A DNA stretch of 63,141 nucleotides from the NCBI GenBank assembly GCA_035571735.1, contig DATNCC010000174.1:1-63141 (forward strand), given 5' to 3'. The DNA comes from Dongiaceae bacterium. Its GTDB lineage: Bacteria > Desulfobacterota > Desulfuromonadia > Geobacterales > Pseudopelobacteraceae. The translations under genes were made by a program, and so were the position numbers. The notes beneath the pieces are model-generated. The model ran no database searches. It was given only the letters and a program-made list of their open reading frames with translations, and was not told where the DNA came from. The stretch's first letter is position 1; each line of letters opens with the position of its first letter. This document shows, one piece after another, positions 28,637 to 37,778 of the stretch.

Positions 28637-29059
28637 TTACTTGGTAATCCTGATGCCGGGAATGAAGAGGATTTTTTCAAAAGTCCTGTTCAGAGTTTTG
28701 CTCTGGAAGTTTACCATGGGCGGAGCTTCCGGATATTCGATCTTGTCGCCCTTTGCAACCTTGGTTTCAGGCAGCGCCATCCAGACTTTCACACCTTTTT
28801 CGTCAGCTGCCTCAACATACGTGTAACCGCCGGAATTCATGGTCTGGGTAACCGTTGCCTTTTTGCCTGCACCAGCAGGAATTTCCTGCGATTTCATACC
28901 TGCATGAGGATCTGCGCCCGGTGCTGCTGCCGGCATCTGACCCTGCTGTGGAGCAGCTGGAGCTGGAGCTGGAGCTGATGCTCCAGTTTTTGGTTTCTCT
29001 TTGCACCCTGCAAGAGCGAGAGCGGCAATACTGAGAACTACTAATGCTGTTTTTTTCAC
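28637..29059 (-). CDS. lipoprotein of unknown function
   Basis: Lipobox LALAGC, an Ala/Pro-rich linker and a C-terminal ~75 aa domain (GGYTYVEAADEKGVKVW...NFQSKTLNRTFEKILF). Confidence 0.6.
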   Translation of the reverse strand: MKKTALVVLSIAALALAGCKEKPKTGASAPAPAPAAPQQGQMPAAAPGADPHAGMKSQEIPAGAGKKATVTQTMNSGGYTYVEAADEKGVKVWMALPETKVAKGDKIEYPEAPPMVNFQSKTLNRTFEKILFIPGIRITK

Positions 29060-29209
29060 CTGCTACCTCCTGATTTTTGATAACTTTCACTTTTTATCAT
29101 ATTATAGATGATCATTCCAAGAGAAATATTCTAACACGCGTTAATATAACACTATTTCTCATATGCGAGCCATCTCGGCAAGGCGATCCGGCGATATGAT
29201 TTTACATCA

Positions 29210-29395
29210 TTACTTCTTTGACGTGCCACAATCGGGGGGATTCAAGGAGTCATACAACGCAATCTGCTCCGCAATGGAAAGCCTGCGGCGACGGCAGTCC
29301 GACCGGTTCAGGCAAATCCTGCAACGGTCATCCGAACACCACTGACAGCAGGTGCAATCAGGACAGGGATGCTTTTTCGGAGTCTCATCAGACAT
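29210..29395 (-). CDS. cysteine-rich small protein
   Basis: MSDETPKKHPCPDCTCCQWCSDDRCRICLNRSDCRRRR... has 9 Cys in 27 residues. Start uncertain: ATG 29395 or TTG 29434. Confidence 0.5.
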   Translation of the reverse strand: MSDETPKKHPCPDCTCCQWCSDDRCRICLNRSDCRRRRLSIAEQIALYDSLNPPDCGTSKK

Positions 29396-29468
29396 AAATC
29401 GGCCGCATTTCGTTATAAAAAAACCGTCGGACAATGAAAATGATCATAAACAACATATCATCTGAGAA

Positions 29469-29924
29469 TCAACCCCTTACAATAAAAACCGAACAGGCTG
29501 CACTACTGGCAACTTTATGGGAAACGCTCCCCTTGATTCGGCGCTGGATAAAACCCTTGCCGGAACTGCCGATGACTATCACGTCGATTTCTTCGCGCTT
29601 GGCAAGACTGATAATTTTATCTGCAGGGTCGCCGTACTCAACGATCATCTCCAGAGGAATATCATGTTCGGCTGCGCACTTCTCGACGACATAAAATATC
29701 CGTTCCCGAAGCTCATCCCATTTTTTTGTTTCCGTCATCGGAGCGGCCGGCACGAAGTCGGTGAACGTTGAAGTGGGCGCGTTCGGCAGCACAAGCAACG
29801 CATATATTCGACTTTTAAACTGGCTCTGATTGCCTGCGGCAAGGCGAACGGCCTCTTCTGCGGCCTTGTCGGACTGAGGAGAGCCATCGATCGCTACAAG
29901 TATTTTTTTGCGCAGGTTCAGCAT
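29469..29924 (-). CDS. universal stress protein (UspA family)
   Basis: 151 aa. ILVAIDGS... N-terminus and VIVIGSSGKG...GSVS ATP-binding-type motif. Confidence 0.8.
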   Translation of the reverse strand: MLNLRKKILVAIDGSPQSDKAAEEAVRLAAGNQSQFKSRIYALLVLPNAPTSTFTDFVPAAPMTETKKWDELRERIFYVVEKCAAEHDIPLEMIVEYGDPADKIISLAKREEIDVIVIGSSGKGFIQRRIKGSVSHKVASSAACSVFIVRG

Positions 29925-30155
29925 GGCATCCTTCGTACGTGTTTTACAAACGAACTATTAAGCGGACATTGTAACCGCATTCCGGATTTAAATATAAAAC
30001 AATTTTTCGTACTTGACAATTGTAAAACAATATTCTAACATTTTTAGAAAATTTTGCGAAAGTGGCACTTTTAACTTATTTTTTAATTAGCGATTGCATT
30101 TTGATAAGTTGCACGTGCCGTCTTGTTACTCTAATTCATGAAAAGGAATCATCTA

Positions 30156-30938
30156 ATGGCAAAAAAAGAAAAATCTGAATATCTTATACAGGCAGTTTCC
30201 CATGCGCTCGACCTTCTGGAACAGTTTCACGGGGAAGTTGATGAACTGGGCGTCACAGAACTGAGCAAGCGCCTGAAACTTCATAAAAACAATGTCTTCA
30301 GGTTGCTTGCGACACTTGAATCCCGCAGCTACATCGAGCAGAATAAAGTAACTGAAAATTACCGTCTCGGCCTTAAGACACTGGAGCTCGGGCAGACGTT
30401 CATCAAGCAGATGGGCTTGCTCAGACAGTCAAAACCGGTAATTGAAGCATTGGTTGCCAACTGCAACGAGACGACCTACGTTTCAATCCTGAAAGACTTC
30501 AATATAGTTTATCTCGATGTTGTTGAAACCGCCATGACCGTCAGGGTGGTCCCGCGGGTAGGTTCGAGACTGCCTGCCTACTGCACAGCCGCAGGGAAAG
30601 TCCAGATAGCATATATGAGTGATGAGGAACTTGAAACATATATCCCCTCGAAAGAACTGAAAAGATATACTCCCAACACAATTACTGATCGTGACACTCT
30701 GATTAAGCAGCTCAAACAGATTGCCGATCAGGGATACGCCTTCGACAATGAAGAGCTGGACACCGGCGTCAAGTGTGTTAGCGCTCCGATCCGCGACTAC
30801 ACCCGCCGCATTATCGGTGCAGTAAGTATTTCCGGACCCTCAATGCGCTTCTCTGATGAACGCATCAATAAAGAACTGATTCCGTTGGTACTGAAGGCCG
30901 GGGACGAGATTTCCGCCAAACTCGGTTTCCAGAAGTAA
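30156..30938 (+). CDS. IclR family transcriptional regulator
   Basis: N-terminal wHTH (GVTELSKRLKLHKNNVFRLLATLE) and a C-terminal IclR effector domain. ATG 30156 has AAGGAA 9 nt upstream. Confidence 0.85.
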   Translation: MAKKEKSEYLIQAVSHALDLLEQFHGEVDELGVTELSKRLKLHKNNVFRLLATLESRSYIEQNKVTENYRLGLKTLELGQTFIKQMGLLRQSKPVIEALVANCNETTYVSILKDFNIVYLDVVETAMTVRVVPRVGSRLPAYCTAAGKVQIAYMSDEELETYIPSKELKRYTPNTITDRDTLIKQLKQIADQGYAFDNEELDTGVKCVSAPIRDYTRRIIGAVSISGPSMRFSDERINKELIPLVLKAGDEISAKLGFQK

Positions 30939-30962
30939 CCGGCTTCCAACAGACATCTTCAG

Positions 30963-30987
30963 GGCGGCTTTTGAGCCGCCTTTTTTT
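30963..30987 (+). terminator. intrinsic terminator
   Basis: GGCGGCT-tttg-AGCCGCC followed by T7. Confidence 0.8.
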
Positions 30988-31047
30988 ATTATCCTGATGA
31001 TTGTACGGCACATCAGGGGTATATCTATTACGACTAAGGATTCCAGC

Positions 31048-31233
31048 ATGCTGATCTACAAGGTTGTTGAAATTGGAACCGTCACCGAAGATGCAATCGA
31101 GGAAGCGCTGAACAATTGGAGTTCCAAAGGATGGAATTTCGATGGGCTGCAGTTTGCCATGCGTGAATCGAGCAAGCGCCCTGCCATGGCCTTTGCGCTT
31201 TTCACAAGGGAAGAAGCTCGCGGAGGGGAATGA
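31048..31233 (+). CDS. DUF4177-like small protein
   Basis: 61 aa: MLIYKVVEI...LNNWSSKGWNFDGLQF. Its stop overlaps the polA start. Confidence 0.45.
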   Translation: MLIYKVVEIGTVTEDAIEEALNNWSSKGWNFDGLQFAMRESSKRPAMAFALFTREEARGGE

Positions 31234-34019
31234 TTATGAGTTCTAAAGAAACCCTCTATCTGGTTGACGGCTCCTCCTACATCTACCGCGCTTACTACGC
31301 CATCAGGCACCTGTCGTCCCCAAGCGGTTTTCCCACCAACGCCATTTACGGATTTATCCAGATGCTGCTCAAACTGCTGAAAGATTACGACCCGCAACAT
31401 GTGGCTGTCGTTTTTGACGCCGGACGAACCACATTCCGCACCGAAATATACCCGGAGTACAAGGCAAATCGCGCCGCCATGCCCGATGACCTGCGCGTAC
31501 AGATGGAACCGATCAGAGAAGTGGTGCGGGCGTTTAACATCCCGACGCTGGAACTGCTGGGGTATGAGGCCGATGATATAATCGGCGCTCTGGCCGGGCG
31601 ATTTGCCGATCAAGGCGGAAAGGTCGTGGTGGTAACGGGAGACAAGGACCTGATGCAGATCGTAACCGATCACGTCACCCTCCTGGACACCATGAAGGGG
31701 AAGGAGTCGGGTATCCCTGAGGTTGTTGAGCGCTTTGGCGTTGGTCCGGAACTGGTTACCGATATATTGGGACTGGCAGGTGATTCCTCGGACAACATTC
31801 CCGGAGTACCGGGTATCGGCGAGAAAACTGCCGCCAAACTGATACAGGAATTCGGTTCGCTTGATGAACTGCTGGAGCGGACAGCCGAGGTCAAGGGCAA
31901 AAACGGCGAGAAGCTGCGGGAATTCCGGGAACAGGCTCTGCTTTCACGTCGTCTGGCAACTATCGACTGCAATGTCCCGCTGGAAGTCGATCTGGAAACG
32001 CTGATCGCAAGGGAGCCGGATCAGGAAACCTTGAACTCGTTCTTCAAAAAATTCGGTTTCACCTCACTGATCAAGGAGCTAACCGGCAAGGCGACCCTTT
32101 CTCCCGAAAAATATTATACCGTCAGCACTGCGGCGGAACTTGAAACTCTTGCAGCAAAACTGGAACAGGCCGGTGAATTCGCCTTCGACCTGGAAACGAC
32201 CAGTCTTGACCCGCGGGACGCTGATATTGTCGGGCTCTCGTTCTCATACCTGGATCATGAGGCATATTACATTCCGGTCGGGCATGTAACAGCTGCTCCC
32301 CTCCCTGTCCCTCCCAAGCCGAGGGAGGGAACCTTGTTTGCTCATTACGCTGACGAGAAAAATGACCTTCTCCCGCAAACTCGACAGGAGGGGGAGGGAA
32401 ACCTTGTCCCCGGCCAGCTTCCCCGTAATACCGTGCTTGACCGTTTGCGCCCCCTGCTGGAGAATCCCGCACTGCGCAAGGTCGGTCAGAACATCAAGTT
32501 CGACATGCAGGTACTGGCCAATAACGGCATCTCCCTGGCCGGTGTCTGGTTTGACACCATGCTTGCCTCCTATCTGCTTGATCCTTCACGGAAGGGACAC
32601 GGCCTGGACACCCTGGCACAGGAGCATCTGAATCACCGCATGATCAGCTTTCAAGATGTGGCCGGCAGCGGCAAGGGGCAGCTGAACTTTGCCGAAGTGG
32701 AACTGGAAGCCGCTGCGCGCTATGCCGCGGAAGATGCCGATGCAACCTGGCTGTTACGCCGGAAATTTGAACCGCTGCTGGCGGAAGGCAATGACGACAG
32801 ACTGTTTCACACGGTCGAGATGCCGCTGCTGTCGATCCTGGCCGAAATGGAGAATCATGGCGTCCTTCTGGATTGCGCTCTCCTGAACAGCCTGTCCGTC
32901 GACTTCGCCGGCCGAATGGGAGCACTCGAAGAGCAGGTTTATTCTCTGGCGGGTGAACGGTTCAACCTCAACTCTCCAAAACAGCTGGGCGAGGTCCTTT
33001 TCGACCGCATGGGGCTGAAGAGCGGCAAAAAGAACAAGGGAAAAACCGGATGGTCAACCGATAACGAGGTGCTGGCCGCCCTGGCTGAAGAAAAGGAGAT
33101 TGCCCGCCTGATCCTCGATTACCGTTCCGTTGCCAAGCTCAAATCCACCTACACCGATGCCCTTCCCCGCCTCGTCAGCCCACGCACCGGTCGGGTGCAT
33201 ACTTCGTACAACCAGACCATTACCAGCACCGGCCGGCTCTCGTCATCCGACCCGAACCTGCAAAACATCCCGATCCGTACCGATGAAGGGCGCCGTATCC
33301 GCCACGCCTTTATCGCCCCGCCGGGGCACGTAATCCTGTCGGCCGACTATTCCCAGATCGAGCTTCGCGTGCTGGCACACCTCTCCGGCGATACTGTTTT
33401 CTGTCACGCCTTCGCCAATGACGAAGATATTCATACCCGCACCGCCGCCGAGGTATTCGGGCTTTTTCCCGAAATGGTCACACCCGAGATGCGCCGCCAG
33501 GCCAAGACCATTAATTTCGGCATCATCTATGGTCAGGGCTCCTTTTCTCTTGCCAAGCAACTCGGCATCGCCCGCAAGACCGCCGAAGATTTCATCAACA
33601 CCTATAAAGAACGGCACAGTGGTGCAATTGCGTTTCTGGACTCCTGCATCAGGGAAGCGGAGGAGCACGGCGCCGTACGGACAATTCTCGGCCGCCGCCT
33701 TCCGATCCCGGACATCCGGAGCAGCAACGGCAATGTACTGGCCTTTGCCCGCCGCAATGCCATCAACTATCCGATCCAGGGATCGGCTGCCGATATCATA
33801 AAATGCGCGATGATCCGGGTTGATTCCCGTATTCGTCTGGAACAGCTGCAGAGCCGTCTGATCATGCAGGTACACGATGAACTGGTGCTGGAGGTTCCGG
33901 AGCAAGAGTTGCTGAAGATGGAGCAGCTGGTGGAGGAGGAAATGGGGCGGGCGGTGGAAGCAAGGGTGCCGCTCAAGGTTGATATCAGTTACGGAGCCAA
34001 CTGGAGCGAGGCGCACTAA
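31230..34019 (+). CDS. polA: DNA polymerase I
   Basis: 5'-nuclease N-terminus (LYLVDGSSYIYRAYYA), 3'-5' exonuclease (FAFDLETTSLD), and polymerase motifs DYSQIELRVLAH and QVHDELVLE. Confidence 0.95.
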   Translation: MIMSSKETLYLVDGSSYIYRAYYAIRHLSSPSGFPTNAIYGFIQMLLKLLKDYDPQHVAVVFDAGRTTFRTEIYPEYKANRAAMPDDLRVQMEPIREVVRAFNIPTLELLGYEADDIIGALAGRFADQGGKVVVVTGDKDLMQIVTDHVTLLDTMKGKESGIPEVVERFGVGPELVTDILGLAGDSSDNIPGVPGIGEKTAAKLIQEFGSLDELLERTAEVKGKNGEKLREFREQALLSRRLATIDCNVPLEVDLETLIAREPDQETLNSFFKKFGFTSLIKELTGKATLSPEKYYTVSTAAELETLAAKLEQAGEFAFDLETTSLDPRDADIVGLSFSYLDHEAYYIPVGHVTAAPLPVPPKPREGTLFAHYADEKNDLLPQTRQEGEGNLVPGQLPRNTVLDRLRPLLENPALRKVGQNIKFDMQVLANNGISLAGVWFDTMLASYLLDPSRKGHGLDTLAQEHLNHRMISFQDVAGSGKGQLNFAEVELEAAARYAAEDADATWLLRRKFEPLLAEGNDDRLFHTVEMPLLSILAEMENHGVLLDCALLNSLSVDFAGRMGALEEQVYSLAGERFNLNSPKQLGEVLFDRMGLKSGKKNKGKTGWSTDNEVLAALAEEKEIARLILDYRSVAKLKSTYTDALPRLVSPRTGRVHTSYNQTITSTGRLSSSDPNLQNIPIRTDEGRRIRHAFIAPPGHVILSADYSQIELRVLAHLSGDTVFCHAFANDEDIHTRTAAEVFGLFPEMVTPEMRRQAKTINFGIIYGQGSFSLAKQLGIARKTAEDFINTYKERHSGAIAFLDSCIREAEEHGAVRTILGRRLPIPDIRSSNGNVLAFARRNAINYPIQGSAADIIKCAMIRVDSRIRLEQLQSRLIMQVHDELVLEVPEQELLKMEQLVEEEMGRAVEARVPLKVDISYGANWSEAH

Positions 34020-34030
34020 CGCACATATGG

Positions 34031-34055
34031 AAAAAGGCCTCGAAAAGGCCTTTTT
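34031..34055. terminator. bidirectional intrinsic terminator
   Basis: AAAAAGGCC-tcgaaaa-GGCCTTTTT. Confidence 0.75.
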
Positions 34056-34094
34056 CATTACACAATTCCCTCGGGTTATTTATCCGGCTGTTTA

Positions 34095-34268
34095 TCATGA
34101 CTTCCTGCCGCGCTGCACAGATAACGGCTCCGGATCGCAGACGGCTGAGGGATCGTAAGCTTCGGCGCCGCACTGGGCGCAGAAGACTGTTGCTTCATTC
34201 GACAGAGCACTTGCGCGTGCGGTGTCGTCAATGGTGCAAAGCTTGTCGTAAATCCTTCCTTTCAACAT
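34095..34268 (-). CDS. possible small protein (57 aa), unknown function
   Basis: ATG 34268 is preceded by GAGGTG at a 6-nt spacing: MLKGRIYDKLCTIDDTARASALSNEATVFCAQCGAEAYDPSAVCDPEPL... I recognise no family. Confidence 0.3.
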   Translation of the reverse strand: MLKGRIYDKLCTIDDTARASALSNEATVFCAQCGAEAYDPSAVCDPEPLSVQRGRKS

Positions 34269-34440
34269 GGCTAACACCTCACTTCTGGTTAGTTAATCCA
34301 TCTTTATAATGGAATTGTACGCTGAATTCTCCAAAATGAAAATAAACGATTTTTCATTGTCCGGATAAGGCGGGACATCGTCGCTCTACCCGCCGAGGTA
34401 GGCATGCAGGACTCTTTCGTCCGATATCAGGATACGCTGT

Positions 34441-35400
34441 TTATTTCCGGGCAGAAGCGACTGGGAACAAATTGGCTGTAGCGGTTCTGACCGTCAAAAA
34501 AATGCCCCAGAAGATCAACGCAATTCCGAGCAGATGAAAGCGCTGGATTGACTCCCCCAGGAAAACCGCCGAAAGAATCGTACCAAAAACCGGCATCAAA
34601 TGCAGAAATAGCCCCGCCTTTCCTGCGCCTACTTCGCCGACCGCCTGATTCCAGAATATAAAGGCGAGTACCGATGGAAACAGGGCTACATACAAAATAG
34701 TGAAGCAGACAGGAGTTGTCGGCAGAAAACCACCCGACCGGCCGAACTCCAGGATATAGAGCGGAATCAATGGAATCAGACCGATCACGATTATGGATGT
34801 CAGAAAGACGAGCGGATGGAGTCCGCTTGGGCGTTGCTTAAGTTGCACCGTATAGATGGACCAACTGACAACCGCCAGAAGGACCCACAGGTCGCCCCTG
34901 TTAACCGTAAGCGTTCGCAACACGCCCAGGTCGGCACGGCAGATGATGGTGGCGACTCCACAGAGAGAAATGGATATCCCTACCGCCTGTCGGCGAGTGA
35001 TCGGCGTGGCATTTATAAAGCGTGAGAGCAGCACTATCAGCACCGGAATAACTGAATTCAGCAACAGCGCATTGGTAGCAGTCGTTGAATGAAGTCCGAT
35101 GTAGACGAAGGTATTAAAACAGGAAACACCCATAACTCCATAGAGCGCCATGGTTCTCCAGTTTTTTCTCACGAGTGGCCATTGAGACTGGAAATGCTGA
35201 ACCGAAAACGGGAGCAGGATAACGAGCGCGCATATCCAGCGCCAGAAGGCGAGGGAAATTGGCGGAATGGAGGTCTTTACTCCACGGGCAAGCACAAAAT
35301 TTCCAGCCCAGAACAGTGTCGTAAGGACAAGCAGCAGATACGGAGACACCCGGTTACCGATACGGCGGCCAGTTTTCTCCTGTTCTTCAGGTCTTGGCAC
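34441..35400 (-). CDS. DMT-superfamily (EamA) transporter
   Basis: About ten hydrophobic segments in two EamA-like halves. Confidence 0.8.
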   Translation of the reverse strand: MPRPEEQEKTGRRIGNRVSPYLLLVLTTLFWAGNFVLARGVKTSIPPISLAFWRWICALVILLPFSVQHFQSQWPLVRKNWRTMALYGVMGVSCFNTFVYIGLHSTTATNALLLNSVIPVLIVLLSRFINATPITRRQAVGISISLCGVATIICRADLGVLRTLTVNRGDLWVLLAVVSWSIYTVQLKQRPSGLHPLVFLTSIIVIGLIPLIPLYILEFGRSGGFLPTTPVCFTILYVALFPSVLAFIFWNQAVGEVGAGKAGLFLHLMPVFGTILSAVFLGESIQRFHLLGIALIFWGIFLTVRTATANLFPVASARK

Positions 35401-35734
35401 TCCGCCTCCTGCGCCGGTCTTTCTGCTTGCGCAGTTTTTCGATACGTTTCATCTCCGGCGTAATCACCCCTGCAGCGGCTTCGATCCGCTCAAGCAGTTC
35501 GCGGCGAGCCAGAAAGCGGTTGACCGACTGGCTCCGCTCCCGCATGCAGGTTGCTGTTAAACCGGTCGGCTTATGTTTCAGTTGCACACAACTGGAGGTC
35601 TTGTTCACGTGCTGTCCGCCGTTGCCCGACGAACGCACGAAACTCTCCTCAAGATCCTCTTCGCGCACCCCCATCTCGGCCATTTTTTGCCGCAGCCAGC
35701 GGTTCTTTTCTTCACTTACGGCGAATTCAGGCAT
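35387..35734 (-). CDS. RF-1-domain GGQ protein (ArfB-like peptidyl-tRNA hydrolase)
   Basis: SSGNGGQHVNKTSSCVQLKH motif plus a strongly basic C-terminal tail KLRKQKDRRRRRSAKT. 115 aa. Confidence 0.7.
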   Translation of the reverse strand: MPEFAVSEEKNRWLRQKMAEMGVREEDLEESFVRSSGNGGQHVNKTSSCVQLKHKPTGLTATCMRERSQSVNRFLARRELLERIEAAAGVITPEMKRIEKLRKQKDRRRRRSAKT

Positions 35735-35918
35735 GCTGTGGCGATCCCCGATTTTTGATTATTTATATTCAGCCTTGAACTTGTCCAGTACATGCAGGTA
35801 ACTGATCGTACCTATACCACATCATATGTGATTTCAACGTAATATTCCAGCGCCCGGTGGGATGTTGCCTGATGCGCTCCGGTGTGCTATAAGCGAGAAT
35901 CATAAAAGAGGGAGTAAC

Positions 35919-36572
35919 GTGAAGGCACATCTTCTACAACGCTGTTGGGTTACATTTTCCGTGTATGTCGTCGGGTTCTACGCATCATGCCTGAACCGGT
36001 TTATCATAAAGGGCGGTGACAATATCCCCCATAGCGGCCCGGTCCTGATCGCTTCCAATCATATTTCAGCCTACGACACCGTCTTTCTCCCCTGGGCCGT
36101 TATCAGACACAATCCGCTCCAGATGCTCTGGGCGCCGGCCAAAGAGGAACTGTTTACAAAAACGTTCCAGCGCCTGATCTACACATCATGGGGAGCTTTT
36201 CCGGTCAAACGCAAACGGGACGTCAGGGCCGGCCGCAAGTTGAATGACCTCCTTCTCGACCAGAAAGTCATGCTGTTCCCGGAGGGTACCCGTCACAAGG
36301 ATGGGCAATTGGGTCCGGGCAACCGCGGAGCAGGAAAGATCATCTACGATACCCGCCCGACAGTTATTCCAACGGCACTGATCGGACTGAACCACTGGAA
36401 GTTTCCCGGTTTCCGGCAGAATGCCGCGGTTATATTCGGTGCCGCTCCCGATTTCAGCGACCTGTTCCAACTGGAAGACTGCAAGGAAACCCATCTCCTG
36501 ATCGTTGATCGGGTCATGCAATCGATTGCAGCTCTATTAAACGGGGAAGGGGTTGATTGTGGCAGAAAGTAA
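35919..36572 (+). CDS. plsC: 1-acyl-sn-glycerol-3-phosphate acyltransferase
   Basis: NHISAYD (HX4D) and FPEGTR motifs. GTG 35919 is preferred because GAGGGAG lies 5 nt upstream. Confidence 0.75.
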   Translation: MKAHLLQRCWVTFSVYVVGFYASCLNRFIIKGGDNIPHSGPVLIASNHISAYDTVFLPWAVIRHNPLQMLWAPAKEELFTKTFQRLIYTSWGAFPVKRKRDVRAGRKLNDLLLDQKVMLFPEGTRHKDGQLGPGNRGAGKIIYDTRPTVIPTALIGLNHWKFPGFRQNAAVIFGAAPDFSDLFQLEDCKETHLLIVDRVMQSIAALLNGEGVDCGRK

Positions 36573-37002
36573 CGATCCGATCGTAGAGATCTTCTGCGAT
36601 GGTGCCTGCAGCGGCAACCCCGGACCAGGTGGATATGGAGCGATCCTGCGCTACGGCGGGCGCGTGAAAGAGCTGAGCGGCGGCGCCAGAGACACAACCA
36701 ACAATCGCATGGAAATGACGGCGGCTATCGAAGCACTACGCCAGTTAAAGCGCCCCTGCAGAGTATTGATCACGACCGACTCTCAATATCTGGTTAAAGG
36801 GATGACGGAATGGATTGCAGGATGGCAGCGCAAGGGATGGCGCAACAGCAAAAGGGAACCGGTCGTCAATAAAGACCTGTGGGAACAGCTGCTTGCTCTG
36901 ACAAAGCCACATTCAGTTCAATGGAAATGGGTCAGAGGACATGACGGGCATGTTGAAAATGAGCGCTGCGACCAACTGGCAAGGGAAGGAATCCCCGCCT
37001 GA
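36559..37002 (+). CDS. rnhA: ribonuclease HI
   Basis: [30 protein letters not shown] and [12 protein letters not shown] motifs. Confidence 0.9.
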   Translation: MAESNDPIVEIFCDGACSGNPGPGGYGAILRYGGRVKELSGGARDTTNNRMEMTAAIEALRQLKRPCRVLITTDSQYLVKGMTEWIAGWQRKGWRNSKREPVVNKDLWEQLLALTKPHSVQWKWVRGHDGHVENERCDQLAREGIPA

Positions 37003-37017
37003 ACTGCCATTAGGAGG

Positions 37018-37497
37018 CTATTTGTTCACCGGGACTGCGCCAATCAGACTGAAGCCGAATTTGGGATGAGTAACGGCACGCGTATTGGGAAATTTTACGA
37101 AGAGCCACCCCTGAAAGACAGGAGTACCATTGTCGCTGATACGAACATTTGCTGCCGGGTTAACAAGTTCGTTTGAGGAGGTTGTAATTGTCATACCTTC
37201 CATTATGAACGAGGGAAGAAATGCTTCCACGATTACGGTTAGTGAAGAATAAGGGAGCTTGTATAGCGAACCGATGGGAACGACGTAAATATTTTCGGTT
37301 CCGCGGGTTTTATCAATCACGGCAAGCTTGATAGCCCTCCAGCGCCGCAAGACCTCGGGGGGAACAACCACTGTTTTTTCTCTGACGGTCCTATGGGAGG
37401 GGCTTGATTTTAAACTATCAGGCGGAGCTTCAGTGTTCGCCCGACTGACGCCCGGAACAAGCACCGAAAAAAAGACAGATAGTAACAGCAATACCAT
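37018..37497 (-). CDS. DUF2155-like secreted protein
   Basis: Start moved to ATG 37497 (MVLLLLSVFFSVLVPGVSRA signal peptide). The longer track ORF runs through tRNA-Ser. Confidence 0.55.
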   Translation of the reverse strand: MVLLLLSVFFSVLVPGVSRANTEAPPDSLKSSPSHRTVREKTVVVPPEVLRRWRAIKLAVIDKTRGTENIYVVPIGSLYKLPYSSLTVIVEAFLPSFIMEGMTITTSSNELVNPAANVRISDNGTPVFQGWLFVKFPNTRAVTHPKFGFSLIGAVPVNK

Positions 37498-37532
37498 TCG
37501 AGCAGAAATCAATGCGGTATCCGTTGAAATAG

Positions 37533-37625
37533 TGGCGGAGAGAGAGGGATTCGAACCCTCGATACCGGTTTCCCAGTATACTCGCTTAGCAGGCGAGCGC
37601 CTTCGACCTACTCGGCCATCTCTCC
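37533..37625 (-). tRNA. tRNA-Ser (anticodon GCT)
   Basis: Minus strand reads GGAGAGATGGCCGAGTAGGTCGAAGGCGCTCGCCTGCTAAGCGAGTATACTGGGAAACCGGTATCGAGGGTTCGAATCCCTCTCTCTCCGCCA. It has a long variable arm and anticodon loop CTGCTAA. Confidence 0.95.
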
Positions 37626-37778
37626 GTATGAGTAGCAATCTTCAGTAACGGCGGGATGTGATACCTACCACGCTCCACAAAATAAATCAAGTCCAAAGAA
37701 ACGACAGCCGGCATGACCACCCTGAACCGGGCATCATTCAAGTACGCCACTAAGAGCGATCCGCTCTCCTGATGCGTG

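Noticed and set aside
30062-30078. TGGCAC as a sigma54 -24 element in the usp-iclR spacer
   Set aside because: No TTGC -12 element lies at the required spacing; the sequence reads TGGCACTTTTAACTT.
37498-37638. N-terminal extension of the 206-aa track ORF
   Set aside because: The extension reads straight through tRNA-Ser(GCT). An internal ATG at 37497 gives a normal signal peptide.
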